DNA from: an uncultured delta proteobacterium
Lineage (GTDB): Bacteria > Desulfobacterota > Binatia > Bin18
Direction: 5' to 3'
Assembly: GCA_963733195.1 (NCBI GenBank)
Contig: CAVTCR010000059.1
Span: 1-64,000 of the forward strand
Length of the DNA: 64,000 nt
Positions 1 to 9,686 of the stretch are shown piece after piece. The notes beneath the pieces were generated by a model, which had not been told where the DNA came from, searched no databases, and was given only the letters and a program-made list of their open reading frames with translations. Position 1 is the first letter of the stretch; every line of letters starts with the position of its first letter. Position numbers and translations under genes: made by a program.

Positions 1-231
1 GAATCTGAACCGATTAAATCCCTTTACGCGCCAAATGCGCAGATGCTGCAGTAGGGGATGGGCCGTTTCATAGGCTCGTCCCGCCTCCGGGTGCTCAGCC
101 AGGAACTGAAATGCTTTGCGGGCTTCACGCACAAACCGTAGCGCTGCCGCAGGCCGTTCTTCCCGGATATAAGTCACGGCTTCGGCCATGTCGGCTTCTG
201 CTGCCCGCTCGATCTGGATGCGCCGTGTCAC
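1..231 (-). CDS. ParE/RelE-family toxin (3' end beyond window)
   Basis: Not in the ORF track. Manual translation from GTG at 231 (GTGA overlap with the antitoxin stop) gives MTRRIQIERAAEADMAEAVTYIREERPAAALRFVREARKAFQFLAEHPEAGR...LRIWRVKGF, a ParE-like pattern. Confidence 0.8.
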   Translation of the reverse strand, partial: MTRRIQIERAAEADMAEAVTYIREERPAAALRFVREARKAFQFLAEHPEAGRAYETAHPLLQHLRIWRVKGFNRFRF

Positions 232-524
232 GGTTTCTCGCGTCGGCGTTTGCGCGGTGGAATCGGTTTTCCCTTGGCAAGTGTCTCCATCCGCTGCCAA
301 AACTCCGGGGTCACGTCACGATAGTCGCCCCGTTCCACCGCTTCTAATAACTTCCCCTCCACGCGTTGCCGGGCAGCCTGCTCCTGATCGGCGCGAATGA
401 GCGCTCGAACATATTCACTGACAGTGTGGAATCCTTGAGACGCCACTCGTTCTTTGACGAATGTCTCTAAGGTGCGGGGGATCGGGATACTGAGAATCTT
501 GGCATCGGTCGATGCAGTACGCAT
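228..524 (-). CDS. ParD-like ribbon-helix-helix antitoxin
   Basis: LSIPIPRTLETFVKERVASQGFHTVSEYVRALIRADQ is a ParD/CopG-type RHH, coupled to the ParE-like ORF. Confidence 0.8.
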   Translation of the reverse strand: MRTASTDAKILSIPIPRTLETFVKERVASQGFHTVSEYVRALIRADQEQAARQRVEGKLLEAVERGDYRDVTPEFWQRMETLAKGKPIPPRKRRREKP

Positions 525-906
525 ACGCCAACTCTAGCCAATTTATGATCTTTTCACAAGAAATCGCACAAAAGGGAAACAGAGGAGACATCCCAAAAAA
601 GAGAGTCGATGGACTCAACGGACAAAGAAAATGCGGGAAGGACAGAGTGCTGACTGAGACAGCATATCAGAAGGGGATGATCGAGAAGCGAAAGCCTCTG
701 CTCACAGAGTGTTTTACGGCTTCATAGATTGGTGGAAATTTTTGCTCTCTCCGTATTTTACTGACGGTGTTTCCAGGCCCGCTAACAGGGGTGCAAGCAA
801 CTACTCACAATCAGAGAGTTTTCGGGTGTTAGCAACGCCCGCATCCATGCCTTGAAAACACAGGCCTTTTGTGGGGGCAACCTTGACATACGAAGCCCTT
901 ATCGGT

Positions 907-2883
907 GTGTGCCGCGCAAAGGTGTTGTGTGACAATTGGTGAAAGTCCAATCCCAGGAATTGTCGGTATGCCTGGGTAGCTACCTGGGAGGCACAGTGGG
1001 TGACTGCTGGGTCGAAGCTCCAGGGACAGAAGTCTCTATGATTGAGAGATTAGCAACTGTACGGGCCGCAACGCGAGTGAAGCCTGAGCAGGCCTCGAAA
1101 GACTTAATGCGGGGGTCGAGCCGCCCTGATAACGGCGAAGACCAGTGGTGTTCATGTCGGAGAACCGAAGCGCATGGGCACCCCCGCCGGGGTATTGGGC
1201 GCAGCACGTACAGACGCCACATAACGCAACACGGGAGATCTGTCACGGAGGCCCGGAACACGGGCCACCTGTCTGCAGAAGGCGGGCCGTGGCAGAAGTC
1301 GGAGGAGCCCATACGAGCGAAGAAGCCGGGCAATGCCGGTCGAGCAAAGGGGCTCTGGTTCGGTGTGTGTCACAACGAGTTTAACGAGCGGGGATTGGCG
1401 TGAGCCTACGAACCCCAGTAAAGCTCCAGGGACTCCGCGCGGCACTCTACCACAAGGCCAAATGGGAGCCCAATTATCGATTCTATGCCTTATACGACAA
1501 GGTGTGGCGAATGGATATTCTGGCCCATGCCTATGCGCTCAATCGTCAAAACGACGGAGCCCCAGGCGTGGACGGCCAGACGTTTGTGGACATCGAAGCG
1601 TATGGCGTGGAGCGGTGGTTGGGAGAGCTACAGGAAGAACTGCGAACAGAACGATATCGTCCCTTGCCAGTGCGCCGGGTACTGATACCAAAGCCCAGTG
1701 GGGTCGGAGAAAGGCCGTTAGGAATTCCTCCGATCCGTGACCGGGTGGGCACAGATGGCGGCCAAACTCGTACTGGAGCCGATCTTTGAGGCGGAGTTTG
1801 ATGACGCTGCCTATGGGTATCGGCCTCAGACGCAGTGCGGAACACGCTGTGCGTAAAGTCCATGAAGCACTCTGGCACGACCATTCCGAGGTCATAGATG
1901 CCGATGTCTCCCGGTATTTCGATGAAATTCCGCACACCGATCTCATGAAGTGCGTGGCCCGGCGGGTGAGTGATCGGAAACTGCTGCATCTCATCAAGCT
2001 GTGGCTGAAGGCACCGGTGGAAGTGAGAGATGACCACGGAAGGACCCATCGAACAGGTGGTAAGAAAGCTAGACGCGGAGTGCCGCAGGGTGGTGTGCTC
2101 TCGCCCTTACTCTCGGTGCTCTATATGCATCGCTTCATCAAAGCCTTTCGCAAGGCGGAACTCGACCGTCGCTATGGAGCCGTATTGGTGGTCTATGCCG
2201 ATGATTTCGTCGTGCTGTGCCAGCATCATGCGCCAGCAGGCATTAGCGATCATCCGGCGCTGGTTCACGACGATGGGCTTAGCGCTCAATGAGCAAAAGA
2301 CCGCAGTGAAGCACGCACGAAAAGAAAGCTTCGACTTTCTGGGCCACACGTTTACGATGCTCCACTCCTATAAGACGGGCACGCGGTATCCGGGGTGATG
2401 CCGTCCAAGAAAGCTGTGCGCCGGGTGAAAGACAACGTGCGCGAGTGTTTGCAGCGAACGAATCTACAACCGCTCCCGGAAGTAGTCGCTACCTTGAACC
2501 ACAGATTGCGAGGGTGGGCGACCTACTTTCGGTATGGCAGTGTGAGGCGGACGCGACAGAACCTCGATGCGTTTGTGTATCAACGGGTGCGGGGCTTCTT
2601 GCGGCGGCGGCATCAAGTGCAGACGCGGGCGAATCGGCGCTTTTCGCGCCGTTACGTCTACGAGGAGTTGGGGGTGATCTCGCTCAAAGCGCTAGGTGGC
2701 TCGGCATGAATGCCTGGTGGTGAAAGCCGTCCGAGAGCTGGATGACTGAAATAGTCACGTCCAGTTCGATGAGGAGGCAGGGAAAACCGATTCACGGAAC
2801 GTCTAGTGAGGCACCCGGCAATCGAAAGAGCCGGGCAACAGATAGGATGTTCCTACCAACGCGGCGTCTCTGCCTTACTCTAC
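907..2883 (+). mobile_element. Group II intron (RT without endonuclease domain; class F-like by RT N-terminus)
   Basis: 5' end GTGTGCC at 907 (906/907 ambiguous). Domain V GAGCTGGATGACTGAAATAGTCACGTCCAGTTC at ~2735-2767 has the AGC triad. A long DVI ends in ...CCTTACTCTAC at 2883. Internal RT ORF present. Confidence 0.9.
1400..2709 (+). CDS. ltrA: Group II intron reverse transcriptase/maturase (split by about 3 frameshifts)
   Basis: Motifs APGVDG, RPLGIP, VIDADVSRYFD, GVPQGGVLSPLL, YADD, FDFLG and LRGWATYF (maturase X) across ORFs 1400-1789, 1786-2292, 2030-2398 and 2395-2709. Confidence 0.92.
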
Positions 2884-3724
2884 AAATGCACTGGACGGCT
2901 TCGTCGCGCCTGCCTTCTTGCCAGAGTTTGCGAAATCCTTGCATATCCTCGCCAAAGCCGTAGCGGGTGAACATATTCACATAGGAATCAACAAATCCAT
3001 ACGAGGACAGTTCGCGTTTGTACGCTTGGGCAGCAGTTTGTACATCATCAGTGACACAGCAGCGGACATACATGGCAAAATCGATAGTATTGGGATCACG
3101 CCCAGCTTTGCGTGCACCGTTCTGTACTTCAGCAATCATTGGGCCGATGGCTTCTGGTGGTGAGTAGTTGAACAACACACCATCCGCAAGTTCGCCAGCG
3201 AGCCGGAACATTGGTGGATTCAACGCGGCGATGTAGATCGGTACTGGTTTGTCTTTAGGCAGTGAGAGCCCCAACTGGAAGCCTTTGGAGCGATAATACT
3301 TTCCCTCAAAGTTGGTGCGTTCGCCATTCAGCACTTGCCTCATAACGGTAATCGCTTCACGCATAGCCGGGACAGGCCGTGGATACGGCACTCCATGCCA
3401 ACGTTCAGCAATAATCGGACTGCCAACGCCAAGGCCGATTATCGCCCGGCCTTCAGAGAGTGCATGAATTGAGGCAAAACTCATCGCCGTCATCACTGGA
3501 GTTCGTGAAGACAAGGCAATCACCGCCGTCCCAAGCTGCACGCGTGACGTAACGGTGGCGTAGGTTGCCAGCACTGTCAGCGCATCGTAGCCACTGACTT
3601 CTGCAGTCCACAGCGAGCGATATCTTAGTTGTTCCGCCTCTTTGGCTAACTCGATGCTTTTACGAAAACCAATACTCTCCCGCACTGGGAGTGCTAAACC
3701 AAGACCGGCTTGCATGATAGACAT
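2884..3724 (-). pseudogene. LLM-class flavin/F420-dependent oxidoreductase, interrupted near its C-terminus by the intron
   Basis: LLM motifs WTAE, QLGTAV, GRAIIGLG and PIYIAALNPPMFRLAGELADG. After AVQCI the frame runs into intron antisense sequence. Confidence 0.85.
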
Positions 3725-3765
3725 TCATTGCTCCTTTCCCTGAGAGCACTGCGTCTGAGAACGGG

Positions 3766-4270
3766 CTATCTGTTTGCAGCCACGCCAAACACATCACGCT
3801 GGCGATACAGGAACCACTCAAGAGCGACAATGATAGCCAGGGCCTCAAAAAAGAAGCGAGTCTCACTTGTTCGATATGGTTCAGGATAGGGCTCTCCAGT
3901 CAGGAGGCCCCACGGGTAGAGTAACGTAAATACACCAAGTGAGATTATGATATAGATGAGATAACCGACAATCAGATACCATGCCCATTTCCGATGGGTC
4001 CACAATCCGTAGGTTGCGGCGCTGTACAGAGAGAATATGGGGAATGCGGAGCAGTTGTCCGGTGAGGCCACTGAACGCATAACCAAACCACACTTGTGAT
4101 GCAGAGTATTGTAAAGCGAGAAAGCCGAACAGTACGTAGCCGTCGCGTTCGCCTGAAAACATTGCCATAAAATTCTTAAACGCGCCCAAGGCTGCGAGTA
4201 GCGCAAGCCCGCCCGCGATCGTCCCGGCACGAAAGGCCCGCTGATCAAAGGCAGTGGAAGCACCATCCAT
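3766..4270 (-). CDS. Hypothetical integral membrane protein (frameshifted)
   Basis: Hydrophobic segments are divided between ORF 3881-4270 (N-part) and ORF 3766-4266 (C-part). Confidence 0.55.
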
Positions 4271-4272
4271 CC

Positions 4273-5674
4273 TCAGAACTCCATCGCGCGTACATCGTTG
4301 GCGATACGCAGCGGTGCTGCTGTGGCTGCCTGCACTTCATCTACTGTCACTCCAGGTGCAACTTCGCGCAATAGAAACCCTTCTTGATCAATCTCAATGA
4401 GGGCAAGATTGGTCACAACCCACGAAACTCGGCCACATGCAGTCAATGGATACGTGCACCTCTGCAAGAGCTTTGACTCACCATTTTTTGTGGTGTGAAA
4501 CATAATGACAATCAGCGTTCGTGCTCCGGCAGCAAGGTCCATCGCACCGCCAACCGCACCAGCGCTCATGTGCGGAGTTTTCCAATTGGCCAAGTCACCA
4601 TTCTCTGCGACCTGGAAGCCACCGAGAATGACGGTGTCAAGATGTCCACCACGCGCCATACCGAAAGCATCGGCACTGTGGAAAAAACTTGCGCCCGGCA
4701 ATAAGGTCACAAGCTGAGAACTGGCGTTGTACAGATCAACGTCTTCTTCTCCCGGCGGAGCAATTCGCCCATACCCCAAGATGCCGTTCTCCGCGTGCAG
4801 GGTGACATCCGGAGAAATGAAATCAGACACCAATGTCGGGAGCCCAATCCCAAGGTTCACATACTGTCCAGATTCGAGTAGTCGCGCGGCGCGCAAAGCC
4901 ATCAACTCTGGCGAAAGTCCACGGCCGCCTTCATTCCCAGTTTCAGCGACTTTCACATTCCGTCCCATGCTGCGCATCATCTCGAAGACGGTTTCTTTGC
5001 GTAGTGGTGTCTCGCGGCGGACAAGGCGCTGAACAAAAATGCCAGGAGTTGCTACTGCCTCTGGGTCCAACTGTCCAGGCTCAACGATTTCATCGACTTC
5101 AGCAATCGCCACGTTGGCGGCAGTGGCGAACGGAGGGTGGAAGTTGCGTGCGGTACGACGATAGAAGAGGTTGCCAGAGGTATCAGCACGATGGGCACGA
5201 ATAAACGCAAAGTCTGCGCGGATGGCGGTTTCCATCAGGTAGGTTCGTCCATTGAAGACGCGTTTCTCTTTTCCTTCTTCGACAACCGTTCCGACTCCTG
5301 TTGGAGTGAAGAACGCCGGAATACCAGCACCGCCCGCGCGAACGCGTTCGACCAACGTGCCTTGCGGGACCATTTCAAACTCGACTTCTCCGCGACCGAT
5401 TTGTTCAGACAAAGGAGTCGTGCGGTACGAGTAACCTCCAAATGATGCAACAAGTTTCTTGATTTGACGATTCTCAGCCAGAATTTGAGGTGAGAAGGGT
5501 CCAAACCCTGGCGAGTTGCAGATGAGCGTCAAATCTTTAGTGCCACGTTCACGCAGGGCGAAAAATAATTCATGTGGCCAGCCCTGCAGAACGCCAAAGC
5601 CACCGACGAGAATGCTGGCACCATCGGCAATGTCGGCAACGGCTTCACCCGCAGAGAGCAAAGAGTTTATGCAT
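4273..5674 (-). CDS. 3-oxoacid CoA-transferase, A and B subunits fused in one chain
   Basis: LVGGFG, PQGTLVER, GAGIPAFF, YVNLGIGLPT, catalytic AENG, GGAMDL. The likely ATG at ~5674 is separated by an indel. Confidence 0.88.
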
Positions 5675-5694
5675 AGGAATATATACTCATCACG

Positions 5695-6108
5695 TCAATT
5701 TACGAGTTCGAAGCGGTACGAGCGATGTCCACGTTGGAAGCGATAAGTCTCAAAATCTTGCCGATCGATAGTAAAAATTTTGCCAGTTTTTAGAACTTCG
5801 GCAGCAACGACGAGAGAAGCATCTGCGAGATCCATAGGATGATCTGCATACTGTTCCATCAAAGTAAAGGCTCGCTGGACAGCCGGAGTATCCATAAACC
5901 ACAAGAGCGCTCCTCCTTGGAGGATGAAGTCTCTGAGACGGTCTGCGCCGATGCTTTCCGGAGAGAGCATATGAAACACTTCAGTGAGCACCGGCACAGT
6001 TGTGTAAAGAGGTTCTCGTATCTTTTGGAGGATGCTTCGACAGCGTTGATGTTGATCGTCTCGCGGGTCAAATAAAGCAACGAAAGGGCCAGTGTCTATC
6101 AGGATCAC
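5695..6108 (-). CDS. PIN-domain (VapC-like) toxin
   Basis: ILIDTGPFVAL...VLTEVFH...MDLADASLV...IFTIDRQDF acidic PIN motif. Confidence 0.9.
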   Translation of the reverse strand: MILIDTGPFVALFDPRDDQHQRCRSILQKIREPLYTTVPVLTEVFHMLSPESIGADRLRDFILQGGALLWFMDTPAVQRAFTLMEQYADHPMDLADASLVVAAEVLKTGKIFTIDRQDFETYRFQRGHRSYRFELVN

Positions 6109-6365
6109 CGTCGTAGCTTTCTCTTAAGTGCTGCTTGAACTCCACGACGCGTTTGAGTGGACGGTGCGATAGCGTAACCACCTGGCCCGAGGTCCAACGT
6201 TTGATAGAGGTCATACGGAGTGCGTTGTGCACGGTGCGTTACTTCCTCTTGCAGGGTCAACAAACCTTTTTTGAGCGCGGCAGACATGGAAAGACCCGTA
6301 ATCTCAATGATATGGCGCAACGCTTGTTCAGTTTCTTCATCGAGTCGGACGGTTCGAGTGCTCAT
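6105..6365 (-). CDS. VapB-like/RHH antitoxin
   Basis: MSTRTVRLDEETEQAL..., overlapping the PIN start by 4 nt. Confidence 0.75.
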   Translation of the reverse strand: MSTRTVRLDEETEQALRHIIEITGLSMSAALKKGLLTLQEEVTHRAQRTPYDLYQTLDLGPGGYAIAPSTQTRRGVQAALKRKLRR

Positions 6366-6434
6366 AATTCCTCTCTGGCTCGGGGGCGTATTACGTGACG
6401 TAATACGCTTGAACAACGCCGTCAATAGACCACG

Positions 6435-6809
6435 TTAGTTCCCGTACATATTTCTGCCGGTATTCACGTAAATCGTATAGTCTTTCACGTCAGTGAGCCG
6501 CTTCGGTTGCGTACGAAATGCCGCTGTGCCTCCAGCTTGAACGTCAGCGAGTGTCACCGTTTCCTCCGAGAGTTTCTGACCTTGGTGGTTAAAGAGGGTG
6601 ACTTCGACGTTGATGGCTGATGCGCTTGTGGTGGTGTTGTGAACTTCCCCACTCACGATCACCCCAGCGTCGGTCTGTTCCAATTTTTTCGAGACCACTC
6701 GGAATACTTCCTCTGACCGCAACGCCCAAAAGAAGTAGCCAATAAAAGCGATTACGACGCCAAGCCACAAGATCGTGCGTTGCGTTCGTTTGCCTTCACT
6801 CCTTGCCAT
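6435..6809 (-). CDS. Membrane-anchored FxLYD-like domain protein
   Basis: N-terminal TM followed by VSGEVHN...VEVTLFN...FRT Ig-like pattern. Confidence 0.65.
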   Translation of the reverse strand: MARSEGKRTQRTILWLGVVIAFIGYFFWALRSEEVFRVVSKKLEQTDAGVIVSGEVHNTTTSASAINVEVTLFNHQGQKLSEETVTLADVQAGGTAAFRTQPKRLTDVKDYTIYVNTGRNMYGN

Positions 6810-6894
6810 TGTTGGGGCTCCTCCGTAAGATGCCGCCCAGCGATTATGCTGTCCTCTCTGGGAGAGTGCAATCTGGGCCGAAGGAGAGAAGCTT

Positions 6895-7191
6895 GTGGCC
6901 GAGCGGCGTTGTGATCTCTGTGAGCTTGCCCGTTACACCCAGTGGTATGCTGAATTCCACTATCCTGTGCGCTTCACTATTCTTGATTGTGACGCATGTG
7001 ATGTCCCGATCGCAGTATTGGGGGAACATCGAGTAGAAGTGACCTCAGAGGAAGTGGCCTACATGGAAAAAGCCCTCAACCTCGTGGCCGAGCAAAAGTT
7101 CGCGGGAAAATTCCCCAAATGGATGTTTGATCACAAGATGCGGCAGATTCCCGATCATTATCATTTTCACGTGCGTCCGCTGTTATGGTAA
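6895..7191 (+). CDS. Small HIT-like protein with two CxxC motifs
   Basis: CDLC, CDAC and C-terminal HYHFH histidine triad. Confidence 0.55.
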   Translation: MAERRCDLCELARYTQWYAEFHYPVRFTILDCDACDVPIAVLGEHRVEVTSEEVAYMEKALNLVAEQKFAGKFPKWMFDHKMRQIPDHYHFHVRPLLW

Positions 7192-8228
7192 GCCAAGAAA
7201 CAATGCAGGCGGTTTTTCTTCTCAGCCCAGGGCAACTTTCCTGCCAGCAACTGCCACTGCCTCAACCTGGTGCGGATGAGATTGTTGTGAAGGTCGGGGC
7301 GGCCCTCACCTGTGGAACCGATCTCAAAGCTTTTCGTCGTGGGCATCCGAAATGGCCTATGCCGACCCGCTTTGGTCATGAGTACGCAGGTACGGTAGCG
7401 GCATGTGGTACAAACGTTACTTCAGTGCATGAAGGTGACGAGGTCATGCTCGCACCGACTGGTCCCTGCGGCTCCTGTTTTTATTGTCAACGCCAACAGG
7501 AGAACCTCTGTATCTCACTGATGGAGACCATGGTCCTGGGAGGATACGCTGAGTACATTACGATTCCTGCGCGTGTGCTACGAACGAACCTCTTTCAGAA
7601 GCCAGCCTCGCTCTCGTTCGCCGAGGCTGCGTTATTAGAGCCGTTGTCCTGTGTGACATTCGGCCTGCAACAAGCCAAACTGCGACCGGATGATACTGCC
7701 ATTGTCATTGGTGCTGGAGCAATCGGATTGTTGCATGTCGTGGCCCTGCGTGCTCTTGGCGTCGAACGCGTATATGTCGTCGCGCGTAATCCGCAACGTG
7801 CACAGACTGCCCGAGAGCTTGGGGCGCATGGAATCATCCCACTTGCTGCCGAGGAAGCGCGAGAGACAGTATTAGAACTCACAGATGGTCGGGGCGCTGA
7901 TGTGGTGGTCGAATGCACGGCACAGCCCCGTGTGTGGGAAGAATCATTGTTCCTCGCACGTCCCGGCGGACAAGTTGTACTATTCGGTGGATGCCCAGCG
8001 GGAACAACCGTGTCGCTCGATACCTATCGTATTCACTACGATCAGGTGCAAGTGTTGAGTCCTTTTCACTTCACCCCCAAGGCGGTACGTGCGTCATACG
8101 AGCTGCTCGCCGCGGGTTTGATTCCGACCAAGAAGCTGATTAGTGGTACGTTCCCACTCTCCCAACTGTCACTTGCGTTTGACCTCTTGCAGCGTGGTGA
8201 GGGAATCAAGTATGCAGTGGTACCTTAA
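7185..8228 (+). CDS. Zinc-dependent (MDR) alcohol/polyol dehydrogenase
   Basis: CGTD, GHE, structural CGSCFYC..C, GAGAIG. Confidence 0.9.
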   Translation: MVSQETMQAVFLLSPGQLSCQQLPLPQPGADEIVVKVGAALTCGTDLKAFRRGHPKWPMPTRFGHEYAGTVAACGTNVTSVHEGDEVMLAPTGPCGSCFYCQRQQENLCISLMETMVLGGYAEYITIPARVLRTNLFQKPASLSFAEAALLEPLSCVTFGLQQAKLRPDDTAIVIGAGAIGLLHVVALRALGVERVYVVARNPQRAQTARELGAHGIIPLAAEEARETVLELTDGRGADVVVECTAQPRVWEESLFLARPGGQVVLFGGCPAGTTVSLDTYRIHYDQVQVLSPFHFTPKAVRASYELLAAGLIPTKKLISGTFPLSQLSLAFDLLQRGEGIKYAVVP

Positions 8229-8329
8229 ATAGGCTATAGGCTACAGGCTATAAGCTTTAGGGATACCATTTTGGTGACGACTTCCCTGCTAGAAAGCCGC
8301 AGGCCAATCGCTGAGAAGTATGAGGAATT

Positions 8330-9574
8330 ATGAAACTGGTTACGCCGAATGAAGCGATCCGCGCTATTCCCGACGGCAGCATCGTCATTTTTCCGCACGG
8401 TTGTGTGGAGCCCACCACGCTATACACGGCGTTTCAAGAGGAAGTTGAGCGATTTCAGAACCTGACCATCTATTCGGGGCTAGCCTTTGGTGAATATCCG
8501 TTTCTACGCAAAGGGTTGGGAACCAATTTTCGTTACCTGACGTGGCAGGCGGCACCACGTATTCGCCAGGTATTCAAGGAGAAAAAAGCTGGCTTTGTGC
8601 CTATGCGTTTTAGTGAAATTACGCGCCTGGTAAACAAAGACGGCCCAATTAAGCCTGACGTGGTAGTGACTCAGGTTTCGCCGCCAGATTCTGACGGGAC
8701 AGTGAGTCTCGGCATTGGCGTGAGCCTGTATCAGGATTTCATTAAGAGTGCCAAACTCGTGATCGCTGAAATCAACAGCCATATGCCGGTCACTGCAGGT
8801 GACAGTAAAGTCCCCATCGACAAGATTCATCTTGCGGTTGAGTCTTCGGCGCCACTTATGACATACCACACCCCACATCAAAGCGAACGGGACACCAAGA
8901 TTGTCGAGTATGTACTTAATCTGATTCCTGACCATGCGTGGGTGCAATTAGGCATTGGCTCGGTGCCTGACATGGTGCTGTACCGCTTGGCAGACAAGCA
9001 AGGCATCAATTTATACTCTGGCATGTTATCGCAAGGATTGATCCACTTTGTTGAACATGCGCGACACGCGCCGCAGATTGTAACTGGTGAGCTTGCTGGC
9101 GACCAAGAGTTATTCGACTTCTGTGGCCGTACCCCGCAAGTCAAAATGGCCACAGTCAACGTGACGCATAATATCCTATCGCTAGCGAAGTTACCGCGTT
9201 TCACCTCGATCAACTCGGCGGTAGAAATCGACCTGCATGGGCAAAGTAATGGAGAAACGATTGGTGAGGTGCAAATTAGCGGTGTCGGTGGCAGCTTAGA
9301 TTATGTCGAATCTGCTGCGCTTTCCGAAGGTGGCGTGTCGATTATTGCACTGCCCTCGACGACAGAGGACGGCAAACACTCGAAGATCGTTCCTCGCCTT
9401 GCACTAGGTTCGGTAGTGACAACGCCCCGCTTTTGTACAGATTACATTGTGACGGAATACGGTACTGCTCGGATGAAAGGGAAAGACTTGCGCGCGCGTG
9501 CTGAGGCCTTGATTGCGATTGCCCATCCGAGTTTCCGGGATGAGTTGGCGAAGAACTTTGAGCATAAAACGTAA
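8330..9574 (+). CDS. Acetyl-CoA hydrolase/4-hydroxybutyrate CoA-transferase family protein
   Basis: IAEIN, QLGIGSVP, SINSAVEIDLHGQ, SGVGG, VTEYG. Confidence 0.88.
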   Translation: MKLVTPNEAIRAIPDGSIVIFPHGCVEPTTLYTAFQEEVERFQNLTIYSGLAFGEYPFLRKGLGTNFRYLTWQAAPRIRQVFKEKKAGFVPMRFSEITRLVNKDGPIKPDVVVTQVSPPDSDGTVSLGIGVSLYQDFIKSAKLVIAEINSHMPVTAGDSKVPIDKIHLAVESSAPLMTYHTPHQSERDTKIVEYVLNLIPDHAWVQLGIGSVPDMVLYRLADKQGINLYSGMLSQGLIHFVEHARHAPQIVTGELAGDQELFDFCGRTPQVKMATVNVTHNILSLAKLPRFTSINSAVEIDLHGQSNGETIGEVQISGVGGSLDYVESAALSEGGVSIIALPSTTEDGKHSKIVPRLALGSVVTTPRFCTDYIVTEYGTARMKGKDLRARAEALIAIAHPSFRDELAKNFEHKT

Positions 9575-9686
9575 TACTTTTTAACGATGAATACTGAACG
9601 ATGAACGATGAATAAACACGTAGCCCTTCCTCTATACATTCTATCATTACTGCATTTACATCATTTTCTTTTGTGAGGGTTTCCTT

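Noticed and set aside
936-1445. Several 80-155 aa ORFs upstream of the RT
   Set aside because: They overlap intron ribozyme domains I-III and show no protein motifs.
1400-2709. RT as a retron, DGR or CRISPR-associated RT
   Set aside because: It has a maturase X domain, DV/DVI and intron termini. No TR/VR pair, msr-msd or cas genes are visible.
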